Of a stretch of 64,000 nucleotides of DNA, positions 1 through 8,760 are shown piece by piece. The DNA comes from Clostridia bacterium. Its GTDB lineage: Bacteria > Bacillota > DSM-521 > Neomoorellales > SLTJ01. Positions within the stretch are counted from its first letter, which is position 1. Every line of letters begins with the position of its first letter. The notes below the pieces were generated by a model that saw nothing but the letters and a program-made list of their open reading frames with translations, was not told the origin of the DNA and searched no databases. The stretch lies in the NCBI GenBank assembly GCA_024653205.1, contig JANLFO010000011.1, positions 4,940 through 68,939 of the forward strand. The letters run 5' to 3'. The position numbers and the translations under genes were made by a program.

Positions 1-21
1 GTAGAGGGAAAGAGCGCGGAG

Positions 22-648
22 TTGATCACCCAAAACCAGGCGCTGCTTGAACCCGGCCGAGCCGTAGAGCACCAGCACCTATCCCCGATCCATACCGTGA
101 AACAGCCCTACGACCGCCACACCGTCGATCCCATTACCCGGTACCACCTGCACGCCCTTGCGGCCCTGGAGGCTTACAAGCTTGATCTCTACCACCAGTT
201 CCTGCTACGGGTACGCAGCCGGCGGTTGAGGGAACTGTTCGCGGGTATCGCCCGGCTGGAGGAGGTGCACACCAGTCTCCTGGGCTCGTACTTCGACCCC
301 GGCGAGACGGTGCTGGAACGGCTGGTGGCCCAGCAGTGGAGTGAGTGGTACCACTACTGCCGCCTGGCTGCCGAGGAGCCCGACGCGCGGGTCAGGGGGA
401 TGCTGGAAATGATCAGTCACGACGAGGAGGAGCACGTGCGGCTGGCCGCCCAGGCCTTGAGCCGGTACGAGGGCAAGGATCCCGCCCGGCTGACCCAGAC
501 GCGCTTCTTCCACCAGAGGTCCACCCGGCCTGCTGCCGACTACCTGCGAGAGCTGCGCCAGGTCCAGATGGGACGCCGCTCGGTAGGCAAAAACTGGCAG
601 CAGGACAATCAGATCGTGGTTTCTCCCCAGCTTCACGCCTATCATTAG
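22..648 (+). CDS. ferritin-like/rubrerythrin-like di-iron domain protein (hypothetical)
   Basis: 208-aa ORF starting at TTG 22. The frame stays open back to nt 1, so the true start may lie upstream of the window. Two E-x-x-H type motifs (ARLEEVH, HDEEEHVRL) suggest a ferritin-like helical bundle. No closer family recognised. Confidence 0.4.
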   Translation: MITQNQALLEPGRAVEHQHLSPIHTVKQPYDRHTVDPITRYHLHALAALEAYKLDLYHQFLLRVRSRRLRELFAGIARLEEVHTSLLGSYFDPGETVLERLVAQQWSEWYHYCRLAAEEPDARVRGMLEMISHDEEEHVRLAAQALSRYEGKDPARLTQTRFFHQRSTRPAADYLRELRQVQMGRRSVGKNWQQDNQIVVSPQLHAYH

Positions 649-673
649 GCACGCCGGCGCCTGCCGGCCGTAA

Positions 674-700
674 GGACCGAGGCGAGTGTTGCCTCGGTCC
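674..700 (+). terminator. stem-loop after the ferritin-like gene (GGACCGAGGC-N7-GCCTCGGTCC)
   Basis: Perfect 10-bp inverted repeat 26 nt after the stop at 648. No U-tract follows, so intrinsic-terminator function is uncertain. Confidence 0.3.
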
Positions 701-858
701 CGGCCTCAGGCAGCCGGCACCCGGTCCGGGGACCGCGCCAGGCGCGGTCCCTTCGCTTCTGGAGTGCGGCGCGATCGCCCGCCGGCCTCTCCGAATATTC
801 CCCTGCCAGAGGCAAATGCAACCGAGCCAGGTGCCGAAGAAAAAAATAGTACCTGGCT

Positions 859-876
859 ATAATAGCGAGCTATTAT
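859..876. promoter_or_regulatory. 18-bp perfect palindrome ATAATAGC-GA-GCTATTAT overlapping a TATAAT box; candidate operator/promoter for the frhB-like/iorAB operon
   Basis: It lies in the only AT-rich island (about 840-900) upstream of the ORF at 993. TATAAT occurs at 858-863 and again at 884-889. No convincing -35 was found. Confidence 0.3.
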
Positions 877-992
877 GACCTAGACTATAATTGTTCCTGC
901 CTGCGGCAGCGTAGGGCGGGCGGGAAGATTTGACGCCCCGGCCTAGATTTTGGTAGGGTGAGATAGAGCTGCACCGAGGGGGAAAGCGGAGT

Positions 993-2075
993 ATGCCCGG
1001 ATCGCCAGGGGGTGGCCCCCGCCGGCTCCAGGAAGAAATACTGGACAGGGGCGAGTGCGTGGCCTGCGGGCTCTGTACCGCGCTGTGTCCTTACATCAAA
1101 TACGCCGGCGACGTGGTACGGGTGGTCTATCCCTGTGGCCGGGAGGAGGGAGCCTGTTACGCTGTCTGTCCCCGGGTGAACCGGGCACCGGCGGCGGGCG
1201 GCGCGGGCCCCGAGACTTCTATCGGTGGCGACGCCGACTTCGGTCCCTACCGGGCCATATGGTGGGCCCGGGCTGCGGATGAATACCGGCCGGCCGGCGC
1301 CCAGTACGGAGGAACGGTCAGCGCCCTGCTCGGGCTGGCCCTGGGCCGAGGATCGGTGGAGGCAGCGGTGGTGGTGCGAACCGACGGGCGCGGGCGGCCG
1401 AGGCCCTTCCTGGCCCGGGACCCGGAGGAGGTGGCGTCGGCCGCAGGCTCCCGCTACGTGGCCGTCCCTTCCCTGGCCGCCCTGGCCGAGGCCCGTCGGC
1501 AGGGGATCGGGAAAGTGGCGGTGGTGGGCAGGCCCTGCCAGGTGCAGGCCCTGCGAAACTGGCGGGGGCAGGAGGCGGAGAAGGACGCCTGGCTGCCCCA
1601 AGCGGGGCTGGTTATCGGGCTTTTTTGCTTCTGGTCCCTGAGCGGAGAGGTCATGAATTACCTGGAGCGCCGGGTAGAGGGGCCGGTCCTCGGGATGGAT
1701 ATACCCCCGGAACGGGTGGTGGTCCGGACCGCCCAAGGAGAGGTGAGCCTGCCCCTGGCCGAGATACGGCCGTACATAAAGCCCGCCTGCCAGTCCTGCG
1801 GGGATCCTACTGCCGAAGGCGCGGACCTTTCCGTAGGCTCCACCGAGGCCGACCCGCAGTGGAACACGTTGATCGTGCGTACCCCCCGGGGGCAGGAACT
1901 GGTGGAAACGGCGGTAGCGGAGCGGAGACTGGAACTGAGACTCTATCCCGAGGAGCGCTTGCCGCTCCTGCGGACGGCGGTTGCCAACAAGAAGCAACGG
2001 GTGCTGGCCGGCATGAAGGAACCGGTACCGGCGGCAAATCCCGGCGTGATCCGGCGGGCGGGGGAAGGGCAGTAA
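993..2075 (+). CDS. FrhB/FdhB-family (coenzyme F420 hydrogenase/dehydrogenase beta-like) iron-sulfur flavoprotein
   Basis: 360 aa. N-terminal ferredoxin-type cysteine motifs (CVACGLCTALCP, CYAVCP) are followed by a region with the FrhB/FdhB N/C-domain layout, including a C-terminal cysteine pair (CQSCGD). SD GAGGGGGAAAG precedes ATG 993. The stop lies 1 nt before the iorA start. Confidence 0.55.
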   Translation: MPGSPGGGPRRLQEEILDRGECVACGLCTALCPYIKYAGDVVRVVYPCGREEGACYAVCPRVNRAPAAGGAGPETSIGGDADFGPYRAIWWARAADEYRPAGAQYGGTVSALLGLALGRGSVEAAVVVRTDGRGRPRPFLARDPEEVASAAGSRYVAVPSLAALAEARRQGIGKVAVVGRPCQVQALRNWRGQEAEKDAWLPQAGLVIGLFCFWSLSGEVMNYLERRVEGPVLGMDIPPERVVVRTAQGEVSLPLAEIRPYIKPACQSCGDPTAEGADLSVGSTEADPQWNTLIVRTPRGQELVETAVAERRLELRLYPEERLPLLRTAVANKKQRVLAGMKEPVPAANPGVIRRAGEGQ

Positions 2076-2076
2076 C

Positions 2077-4002
2077 ATGAATACCATGCGGGTGGTAATG
2101 GACGCTCCCGGTGAGGTGGCGCTGCTCACGGGCAACGAGGCGGTGGCCCGGGGGGCGCTTGAGGCCGGGGTGCACTACGCTACCTCCTATCCCGGTTCGC
2201 CTACGGCGGAGATCCTGGAGTGCATCGCCGCCGGAGCGGAGAAGTTCGGACTCTACGCCGAATGGTCGGTAAACGAGAAGGTGGCCATGGAGGGCGCGGC
2301 CGCAGCCTCCTTTGCCGGTCTGCGCTCCATCACCATCATGAAGTGCGACGGCCTGAACGTGGCCTTCGATTTCCTGACCAGCTTCAGCATGGCCGGCTGC
2401 CGCGGCGGCATGGTCATCGTAGTCGGGGACGATCCCAGCGCCCACTCCAGCGCCAAGGAAGAGGACTCCCGCTACCTGGGGCGGGTGGCCCACATACCGG
2501 TGCTGGAGCCGGCGGACAGCGGCGAAGCCAAAGAAATGGTTAAGCACGCCTTCGACCTCTCCGAAGCCCTGCGGCAGCCGGTGATGCTGCGGCTGGTCAC
2601 CCGGGTATGTCACGGCAGCGGCAACGCGGTTCTCGGCGAGTTCCGGCGCCGGCCGGTCAAGGCCCAGTTCCCCCCGGAAGAAAAGTTCTTCACCTGGATC
2701 GAATACCACCAGGTACAGGAAGAGAAGCTCGCGCAGGCCGCCGAACTCGCCGAGGCCTCTCCCTTTAACCGCTACGTGGGCCCGCCGGGAGCTCCGCTCC
2801 TGGTAATCTGCTCCGGACCGAGCTTCTACTACGCCAGGGAGGCGGTGGAGAAGCTGGGTCTTGCCGAAGAGGCGGGAATTCTCAAGCTCGGAACCCTGTG
2901 GCCCTTACCGGAAAACCTGCTCCTCTCCCACCTGCGGACGGCCAGGCAGGTGGTCTTCGTGGAGGAAGTCGAGCCCTTCCTGGAGGAAAACATCAAGGCC
3001 CTGGCCGCCCAGTACGGGGAGGAAGTGGGGCCGACAGGCTTCTACGGCAAGAAGTCGGGGCACGTGGCCGGAGCCAACGGCGTGGGGCTGGGAGAGATGA
3101 ACCCCGAGCAGGTGCTGAAAGCGCTGGCGGCGATTACCGGCCGCCGGCCGCCCCCGGCCGAGGATCCGGCCCTGCCCTGGCCGGAACCCGTGCCCCGGGA
3201 ACTGGCCTTCTGCCCGGGCTGCCCGCACCGCACCTCCTTTTGGGCGGTGAAGGTGGCCCTGGAGCTGGACGGCCGCCAGGGGGTGGTGCTGGGCGACATC
3301 GGCTGCTACACCCTGGGTAAGGGCCGCACCGGATACCATCTCCTGCAGACCCTCCACGCCATGGGCTCGGGCGTCGGCCTGGCCTGCGGTCTGGGACAGC
3401 TTTCCCGCTTCGGCTTCACCCAGCCGGTGGTGGCCCTGGTGGGCGATTCTACCTTTTACCACGCCGTGGTTCCCGCCCTGATTAACGGCCAGTACAACCG
3501 GGCAGAATTCCTGTGTGTGGTGCTGGATAACGAGGCTACGGCCATGACCGGCCACCAGCCCCATCCGGGCCTGGAGGTAGGGGCCATGGGCCAGCCCTGC
3601 ACCCCGGTCGAACTGGAGTCCGTGGTACGCGGATTGGGCATACCGGTGTGGGTGGCCGACCCCTACCGGGTGGAGGAAACGATAGAGTTGGTGCGAGACC
3701 TGTTACGCGTTCCCGGTCCCAAGGTGCTTATCCTCCGGCGGGCCTGTGCCCTGGTGGCAGTCAAGAAGCGGGCGCCGGTAAGGGTATGGGTGGATCCGGA
3801 ACGCTGCCGGGGCGACGCCTGCGGCTGTGAGCGCTTCTGCAGCCGCGTATTCTCCTGCCCGGCCAACATCTGGGATGCAGAGGCGGGCCGGGCGCGGATC
3901 GATGAGGCCATCTGCAACGGCTGCGGAGTGTGTGCCACGCTCTGTCCCGCCGGGGCCATCCGGGTGGAAGGTCAGCCCCTGATGGCTACCGGCTCGGTCT
4001 AG
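2077..4002 (+). CDS. iorA: indolepyruvate:ferredoxin oxidoreductase alpha subunit
   Basis: 641 aa. The N-terminus LLTGNEAVARGALEAGVHYATSYPGSPTAEILE and the TPP-binding region (GDIGCYTLG...GDSTFYH) are typical of IorA. The C-terminus has two [4Fe-4S] motifs (CGCERFCSRVFSCP, CNGCGVCATLCP). Confidence 0.9.
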   Translation: MNTMRVVMDAPGEVALLTGNEAVARGALEAGVHYATSYPGSPTAEILECIAAGAEKFGLYAEWSVNEKVAMEGAAAASFAGLRSITIMKCDGLNVAFDFLTSFSMAGCRGGMVIVVGDDPSAHSSAKEEDSRYLGRVAHIPVLEPADSGEAKEMVKHAFDLSEALRQPVMLRLVTRVCHGSGNAVLGEFRRRPVKAQFPPEEKFFTWIEYHQVQEEKLAQAAELAEASPFNRYVGPPGAPLLVICSGPSFYYAREAVEKLGLAEEAGILKLGTLWPLPENLLLSHLRTARQVVFVEEVEPFLEENIKALAAQYGEEVGPTGFYGKKSGHVAGANGVGLGEMNPEQVLKALAAITGRRPPPAEDPALPWPEPVPRELAFCPGCPHRTSFWAVKVALELDGRQGVVLGDIGCYTLGKGRTGYHLLQTLHAMGSGVGLACGLGQLSRFGFTQPVVALVGDSTFYHAVVPALINGQYNRAEFLCVVLDNEATAMTGHQPHPGLEVGAMGQPCTPVELESVVRGLGIPVWVADPYRVEETIELVRDLLRVPGPKVLILRRACALVAVKKRAPVRVWVDPERCRGDACGCERFCSRVFSCPANIWDAEAGRARIDEAICNGCGVCATLCPAGAIRVEGQPLMATGSV

Positions 4003-4016
4003 ATTTTTCCGGGGGG

Positions 4017-4649
4017 ATGGTTGTGAAAGGTTTCAATCTGGTCATCGCCGGCGTCGGCGGGCAGGGGAACGTACTGGCCTGCCAGATCATTGGCATGGCG
4101 GCGGTGGAGGAAGGGTGGCAGGTAAGCGCTGCCGACACCTTCGGCGTTTCCCAACGGGGCGGGGCGGTAATGAGCCACCTTCGCCTGGCCCAGGGCCGGC
4201 CGTGCGGACCGCTCATCGGCGCCGGCGAGGCCGACATTCTGGTGGGTCTGGAGCCCATGGAAGCGGTGCGGGTGCTCAAACGCTTCGGCAACCGCCATAC
4301 CCGGGTGCTGGTGAACACCCGGCCCAATTATCCCCTGGCGGTACTGAGCGGTACCGCTCGGTATCCGGCCGTATCCGAACTGCTGGCCGCCATGTGCGCC
4401 AACTGTGCTGCGGTGGTGGAGGTCCCGGCGGACCGGCTGGCGGCGGAAGCCGGAAGCCTGCTAACCCAGAACGTGGTCATGACCGGGGCCCTGGCCGGAA
4501 GCGGCTGGCTCCCGCTGGGCCTGGCCAGTTTCGAAAAGGTGCTGCGCTCCCTGTTCACCGGGGCGGTGCTGGAGTCTAACCTGCGCGCCTTCCATCTGGG
4601 AGTGGCGGCTACTCGAGAATGCCGGCAATGGGCGGCGGCTGGGGGTTAG
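4017..4649 (+). CDS. iorB: indolepyruvate:ferredoxin oxidoreductase beta subunit
   Basis: An internal ATG at 4017 gives MVVKGFNLVIAGVGGQGNVLA, carrying the GxGGQG motif of the 2-oxoacid oxidoreductase gamma/IorB family. The track ORF start at 3930 overlaps iorA and is rejected. Confidence 0.85.
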   Translation: MVVKGFNLVIAGVGGQGNVLACQIIGMAAVEEGWQVSAADTFGVSQRGGAVMSHLRLAQGRPCGPLIGAGEADILVGLEPMEAVRVLKRFGNRHTRVLVNTRPNYPLAVLSGTARYPAVSELLAAMCANCAAVVEVPADRLAAEAGSLLTQNVVMTGALAGSGWLPLGLASFEKVLRSLFTGAVLESNLRAFHLGVAATRECRQWAAAGG

Positions 4650-5331
4650 GCCCGGACGGGGTGGCTGCCGGCGCAGCCGGGTAGCGCCGCCGGCACACGC
4701 CGGCCGCCCGCAGGACCTCGTGATACATCTTGAGGCGCAGGCCGAAGCCCAGGAGGGGCCCGAATTTTTCTTCCTTGATAACGTGGGTAAGCCCGTCAAG
4801 GAACACTTCGGTAAAGGGCACGCCCGCGTGGGCGGCAAAGGAGTTCAGCAGCACCTCTACTCCCCAGCGGGACCAGGAGAGGTCGGGCAGGCAGTCGAGG
4901 AAGCGCCGGGAGAGCGCGCGCTGGCCGTTGAGCACGCTGAAGTAGCGCTGCTGCAGGTCCACGTGCCAGCGCCCGCCGCGAAAGGTGCCCACCACCATGC
5001 CCAGATCCCGGCGCCGCAGGAGGGGCTCCAGCAACACGCGCAGGTGCTTTTCCCTCAACCCGACGAGATCGGCGTCCAGGAACAGCACCGCCTCCATGTC
5101 CCGGAGCCGGGCCAGGCCGGTCTGCAGGGCCGCCCCCTTTCCCAGATTGCGGCCGTGCTCCACCAGGAATACCGGATAACGCCGGGCCACCTCCCCCGTA
5201 TCGTCTCCGGAACCGTCGTTGACCACCACCACCCTCTTCAACCAGGTTACCTTGCTCAATACCTCCAGCACCCGTCCCAGACGGGGACCTTCGTTGTAGG
5301 CCGGGACCACGGCTCCTATGCGCACGCCCAT
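4609..5331 (-). CDS. family-2 glycosyltransferase
   Basis: VVPAYNEG...VVVNDGSGDDT...FLDADL (DxD) motifs. Start chosen at ATG 5331 (MGVRIGAVV), preceded by GGAGAGGGG; the alternative is TTG 5370. The 3' end overlaps the convergent iorB by 41 nt. Confidence 0.75.
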   Translation of the reverse strand: MGVRIGAVVPAYNEGPRLGRVLEVLSKVTWLKRVVVVNDGSGDDTGEVARRYPVFLVEHGRNLGKGAALQTGLARLRDMEAVLFLDADLVGLREKHLRVLLEPLLRRRDLGMVVGTFRGGRWHVDLQQRYFSVLNGQRALSRRFLDCLPDLSWSRWGVEVLLNSFAAHAGVPFTEVFLDGLTHVIKEEKFGPLLGFGLRLKMYHEVLRAAGVCRRRYPAAPAATPSGPNPQPPPIAGILE

Positions 5332-5615
5332 CCCCTCTCCATCGTAGAGTCTCTCGGCGACTTTTCTCAACGGCGGCGCCGGCCCGGCCGCGGCCGGAGC
5401 TAAGCCGGGCTCAGTCTGTATCCTGCCGGCCCGGGTCTTCTCCCGTACCGGCCCCGGCTCGGGGCTCTGCCGGCAGGCAGGTACGCGGTGAAACCAGGAC
5501 TGCCGGCGGAGGCTGACAACTCAGGAGTCGGTCGCCCCGAGGCTAGGACTGTCTTTCTCTTACCTTTCTATCCCCGGTCCGGTTCTCCTGTTCTCCTTTG
5601 GCTGCCAATTCCTGC

Positions 5616-5644
5616 TTTACAAAGGCTTCGGGGGCTGATAAGAT
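5616..5644 (+). promoter_or_regulatory. sigma-A type promoter TTTACA-N17-TAAGAT for the ABC transporter operon
   Basis: -35 TTTACA at 5616-5621, exact 17-nt spacer, -10 TAAGAT at 5639-5644. It sits only 11 nt upstream of ATG 5656. Confidence 0.45.
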
Positions 5645-5655
5645 ATTCTTCGACT

Positions 5656-6636
5656 ATGGGGGGTGGCAAGGTGGTAAGAGTCGAAGGCGTAAGCAAGAGT
5701 TTCGGCCCCAAGGTCGCGGTGCAGGACGTAAGCTTTGGCGTGGAACGGGGGGAGATCCTGGGGCTTTTAGGCCCCAACGGTGCGGGCAAAACTACCACGC
5801 TGCGGCTCATTACCGGGTACATGCCGCCTACCCGGGGTCGGATCACGGTTTCGGGCATAGACGTGGCCGCCGATCCCCTGGCGGTGAAACGGAGGCTGGG
5901 CTATCTGCCCGAGCAGCCGCCGCTTTATCCCGAACTCACGGTGAAGGAGTACCTGGGATTCGTGGCCCGGGTCAAGGGCTGGCGCGGGGCGCAGGCCCGC
6001 CGGCAGGTGGCGGAAGCCATGGCCAGGGCGGGTGTGGAGGAGGTGGCCGATAGACTGGTCGGGCATCTTTCCCGCGGTTACCGGCAGCGGGTGGGGCTGG
6101 CCCAGGCGTTCATGGGCGACCCCGAGCTCCTGATTCTGGACGAGCCCACGGTGGGCCTGGACCCGGTACAGATCGCCGAGGTCCGGCAGCTTATCAGGGA
6201 TCTGGCGGGCCGGCACACGGTGGTGCTCAGCTCCCACATCCTACCGGAGGTCAACCAGATCTGCCACCGCGTGGTGATAATGAACCAGGGCCGGGTTCTG
6301 GCCCAGGATACCCCGGCCAACCTGGCGGCAGCCTTGGGCGGCGGCCAGTTGCGGGTCAAGATCAAGGGGCCGGGCCCGGAGGTGCTGGCCCTGCTGGAAA
6401 GGCTGGAGGGGGTGCGGACGGTTCATACCGGGGACACCGCTTCGGCCGGGGCGGCCGAAGTGCGAGAATACGCCCTGGAGCTGGAGCCGGGCAGGGACGT
6501 GCGGGAAGACCTGTTCTTTGCCCTGGCCGGCCGCGGCTGGCCGTTACTGGAGGCCCGACTGCACCAGCTTTCTCTGGAGGAAGTGTTCCTGCAGCTGGTG
6601 ACCGAGGAAGAAGCGCAAGAGGGCGGGGTGAATTGA
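5656..6636 (+). CDS. ABC transporter ATP-binding protein (GldA-like, ABC-2 subfamily)
   Basis: Walker A GPNGAGKTT, signature LSRGYRQRV, Walker B LLILDEP. The track N-terminal extension from 5488 is rejected. Start is ATG 5656 or in-frame GTG 5671, which follows GGGGGGTGG. Confidence 0.9.
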   Translation: MGGGKVVRVEGVSKSFGPKVAVQDVSFGVERGEILGLLGPNGAGKTTTLRLITGYMPPTRGRITVSGIDVAADPLAVKRRLGYLPEQPPLYPELTVKEYLGFVARVKGWRGAQARRQVAEAMARAGVEEVADRLVGHLSRGYRQRVGLAQAFMGDPELLILDEPTVGLDPVQIAEVRQLIRDLAGRHTVVLSSHILPEVNQICHRVVIMNQGRVLAQDTPANLAAALGGGQLRVKIKGPGPEVLALLERLEGVRTVHTGDTASAGAAEVREYALELEPGRDVREDLFFALAGRGWPLLEARLHQLSLEEVFLQLVTEEEAQEGGVN

Positions 6637-6639
6637 TCA

Positions 6640-7350
6640 ATGGCCGGGATATGGCACATCTTCTGCCGCGAGCTGAAGAGTTACCTGTACTCTCCCCTGG
6701 CCTACGTGATTCTGGCCGTGTACCTGGCCATCGGAGGCTATATATTCAGCGTGGTGCTTCTGGCCACCCGCTCGGCCGAGCTGCGGGGGTATTTCAGCAA
6801 CATAGGCCTGATCCTCTTGTTTCTGGTGCCGGTGCTGACCATGCGCCTCTGGGCGGAAGAGGAGCAGCGGGGAACGGCGGAGTTCCTGCTCACCGCCCCG
6901 GTAGGCTTGGGCCAGGTGCTGGTGGGCAAGTACCTGGCCTCGGCGGCGGTATTCCTCATCGGAGTGGGCCTCAGCCTGGTCTATCCCCTGATCCTGGGCG
7001 GCCTGGGTCAGCCGGACTGGGGAACGATTGCCTGCGGATACCTGGGCCTGGTTCTCTTCGGCCTGGCCTACCTGGCGGTGGGGCTCTTCGGTTCGGCCAT
7101 GAGTTCCAGCCAGGTGGTAGCCGGGGTCCTGAGCTTCGGCCTGCTGCTGGCCTTCTGGGTGGTGGGCTGGCTGTCCGAGGCTTTCGGCGGCAAGCTGGGG
7201 GAGGTAGCCAAGGCGCTGACCGTGGTGGGTCACTACGAAGACTTCCTGAAAGGCGTGATCGATACCACGCACCTCATCTACTTTGCCAGCTTCATCGGGA
7301 TCTTCATCTTCCTGGCGGTTGAAGGCTTGAAATCCCGCCACGGGGCCTAG
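6640..7350 (+). CDS. ABC-2 type transporter permease (GldF-like)
   Basis: 236 aa with multiple hydrophobic helices. Starts 3 nt after the ATPase stop. N-terminus IFCRELKSYLYSPLAYV is typical of ABC-2 permeases. Confidence 0.8.
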   Translation: MAGIWHIFCRELKSYLYSPLAYVILAVYLAIGGYIFSVVLLATRSAELRGYFSNIGLILLFLVPVLTMRLWAEEEQRGTAEFLLTAPVGLGQVLVGKYLASAAVFLIGVGLSLVYPLILGGLGQPDWGTIACGYLGLVLFGLAYLAVGLFGSAMSSSQVVAGVLSFGLLLAFWVVGWLSEAFGGKLGEVAKALTVVGHYEDFLKGVIDTTHLIYFASFIGIFIFLAVEGLKSRHGA

Positions 7351-7353
7351 GGG

Positions 7354-8760
7354 GTGAACGCCGTGTGGCAGAAGACCAGCCAGCGGTGGATACTGGCGGC
7401 CGCCATAGTGGGGCTGGTAGTGCTGGGCAACGTGCTGGGGGCCCGGCACCACTGGCGGCTGGACCTGACCGCGAACAAGCAGTACTCGCTTTCCGTGCAG
7501 AGCAAAGAGGTCCTGGCCCGGCTGGAGCAGCCGGTCCGGCTTTTTGCCTTCCTGGAAAAAGGGAGCGAGGAGGCGGAAAAGCTGGAGGACCTCTTGCACG
7601 AGTACGACTACGCCTCGCCCAAGGTAAGCCTCCAGGTCGTAGACCCGGTGGCCGAGCCGGCGCTCACCCAGCATTACGGCGTGCAGTATTACAACACGGT
7701 AGTGGTAGAGGTGGGCAACCAGAGCCGCAAGGTGGAGCCCTTCAACATCTTCGGCATGGGCGCCGGCATGTACGAAACGGAGTTTAAGGGCGAACAGGCG
7801 GTGACCCGCGCCATTGTGGACCTGGTGCACCAGACGGCGGCAGTGGTCTATTTCCTCGAAGGGCACGGCGAGGGCAGCCTGGATCAGGACTTCAGCGATT
7901 TCCGGGACTTCCTGGAAGGCGACGGCTACAAGGTCAAGACCCTGAACCTGGCTACGGCCGGGACGGTGCCCCAGGATGCCTCGGTGGTGGTGCTGGGCGG
8001 TCCGCGCCAGGATCTGACCGCTCCGGAGGCCGAGGCGCTCAAGAAATACATCTCCGGCGGAGGACGGCTGCTGGCGCTAATCGACCCCCTGCCCCGGGCT
8101 CTGCCCCAGCTGGAGGGTTTGCTGGGCGGCCTGGGGGTTGGGTTGCACGCCGATGTGGTGGTGGATCCACAGCGGGCTTTCTTCCTCGACGCGTTAAGCC
8201 CGGTGCCGGTTCTGGAATATCACCCTATCACGGAGAAGATGCTGGAGCAAAAGGTAAACCTGGTGCTGCCCCGGGCCAGGAGCCTGGCGGCGGCGGTTCC
8301 GGAGGGTGAGAAGGAGCTCCGGGTTAAGCCCTTACTGCGTTCCAGCGATTCCGCCTGGGGCGAAACGGATTTGACCGCCGAGAAGGCCGGCCGTGACGAG
8401 CGCGATCTGGCCGGTCCCCTCAACTACGCCCTGGCGGTGACCCGGGCGGCGGACGAGCCGGCCTCGGGCGAGGGTGCCGAGACTCAAGAACGGCCGGTGG
8501 CCTTGGTGGTAGGCAACTCCGGCTTGGCCCGCAACCAGGCGTTGGGCTTCCAGGGCAACGCCGACTTCCTGGTCAACAGCGTGAACTGGCTGCTGGGCGA
8601 GGAGCAGATGCTGACCATCCGTCCCAAGGCGGAAGAGATCCGCATGGTGCAGATGGATGCTGCTCAGGCGGCGGCGGTATTCTACGGAACTACCTTCGCC
8701 ATGCCGGCGGCACTTCTGGCCGTGGGACTGGCGGTGTGGCTGAGGAGGCGGGGCCGTTGA
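7354..8760 (+). CDS. GldG-like ABC-transporter auxiliary protein (N- and C-terminal TM anchors, large exported domain)
   Basis: 468 aa. N-terminal TM (ILAAAIVGLVVLGNVL) and C-terminal TM (AMPAALLAVGLAVWL). Its position after the ABC-2 ATPase and permease matches the GldA/F/G arrangement. Confidence 0.65.
   Translation: MNAVWQKTSQRWILAAAIVGLVVLGNVLGARHHWRLDLTANKQYSLSVQSKEVLARLEQPVRLFAFLEKGSEEAEKLEDLLHEYDYASPKVSLQVVDPVAEPALTQHYGVQYYNTVVVEVGNQSRKVEPFNIFGMGAGMYETEFKGEQAVTRAIVDLVHQTAAVVYFLEGHGEGSLDQDFSDFRDFLEGDGYKVKTLNLATAGTVPQDASVVVLGGPRQDLTAPEAEALKKYISGGGRLLALIDPLPRALPQLEGLLGGLGVGLHADVVVDPQRAFFLDALSPVPVLEYHPITEKMLEQKVNLVLPRARSLAAAVPEGEKELRVKPLLRSSDSAWGETDLTAEKAGRDERDLAGPLNYALAVTRAADEPASGEGAETQERPVALVVGNSGLARNQALGFQGNADFLVNSVNWLLGEEQMLTIRPKAEEIRMVQMDAAQAAAVFYGTTFAMPAALLAVGLAVWLRRRGR

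Noticed and set aside
885-2135. 416-aa minus-strand ORF, with similar long alternative-frame ORFs at 6637-7866, 8682-9995, 26265-27716, 29837-31135 and 38374-39699
   Set aside because: Each is completely covered by a recognisable gene in another frame or strand and has a biased Arg/Pro/Gly composition. I treat them as non-coding shadows.
6046-6053. GCCGATAG, a near match to the sigma-28 -10 box
   Set aside because: It lies inside the ABC ATPase coding sequence and has no TAAA 15-16 nt upstream. It is likely a chance occurrence.
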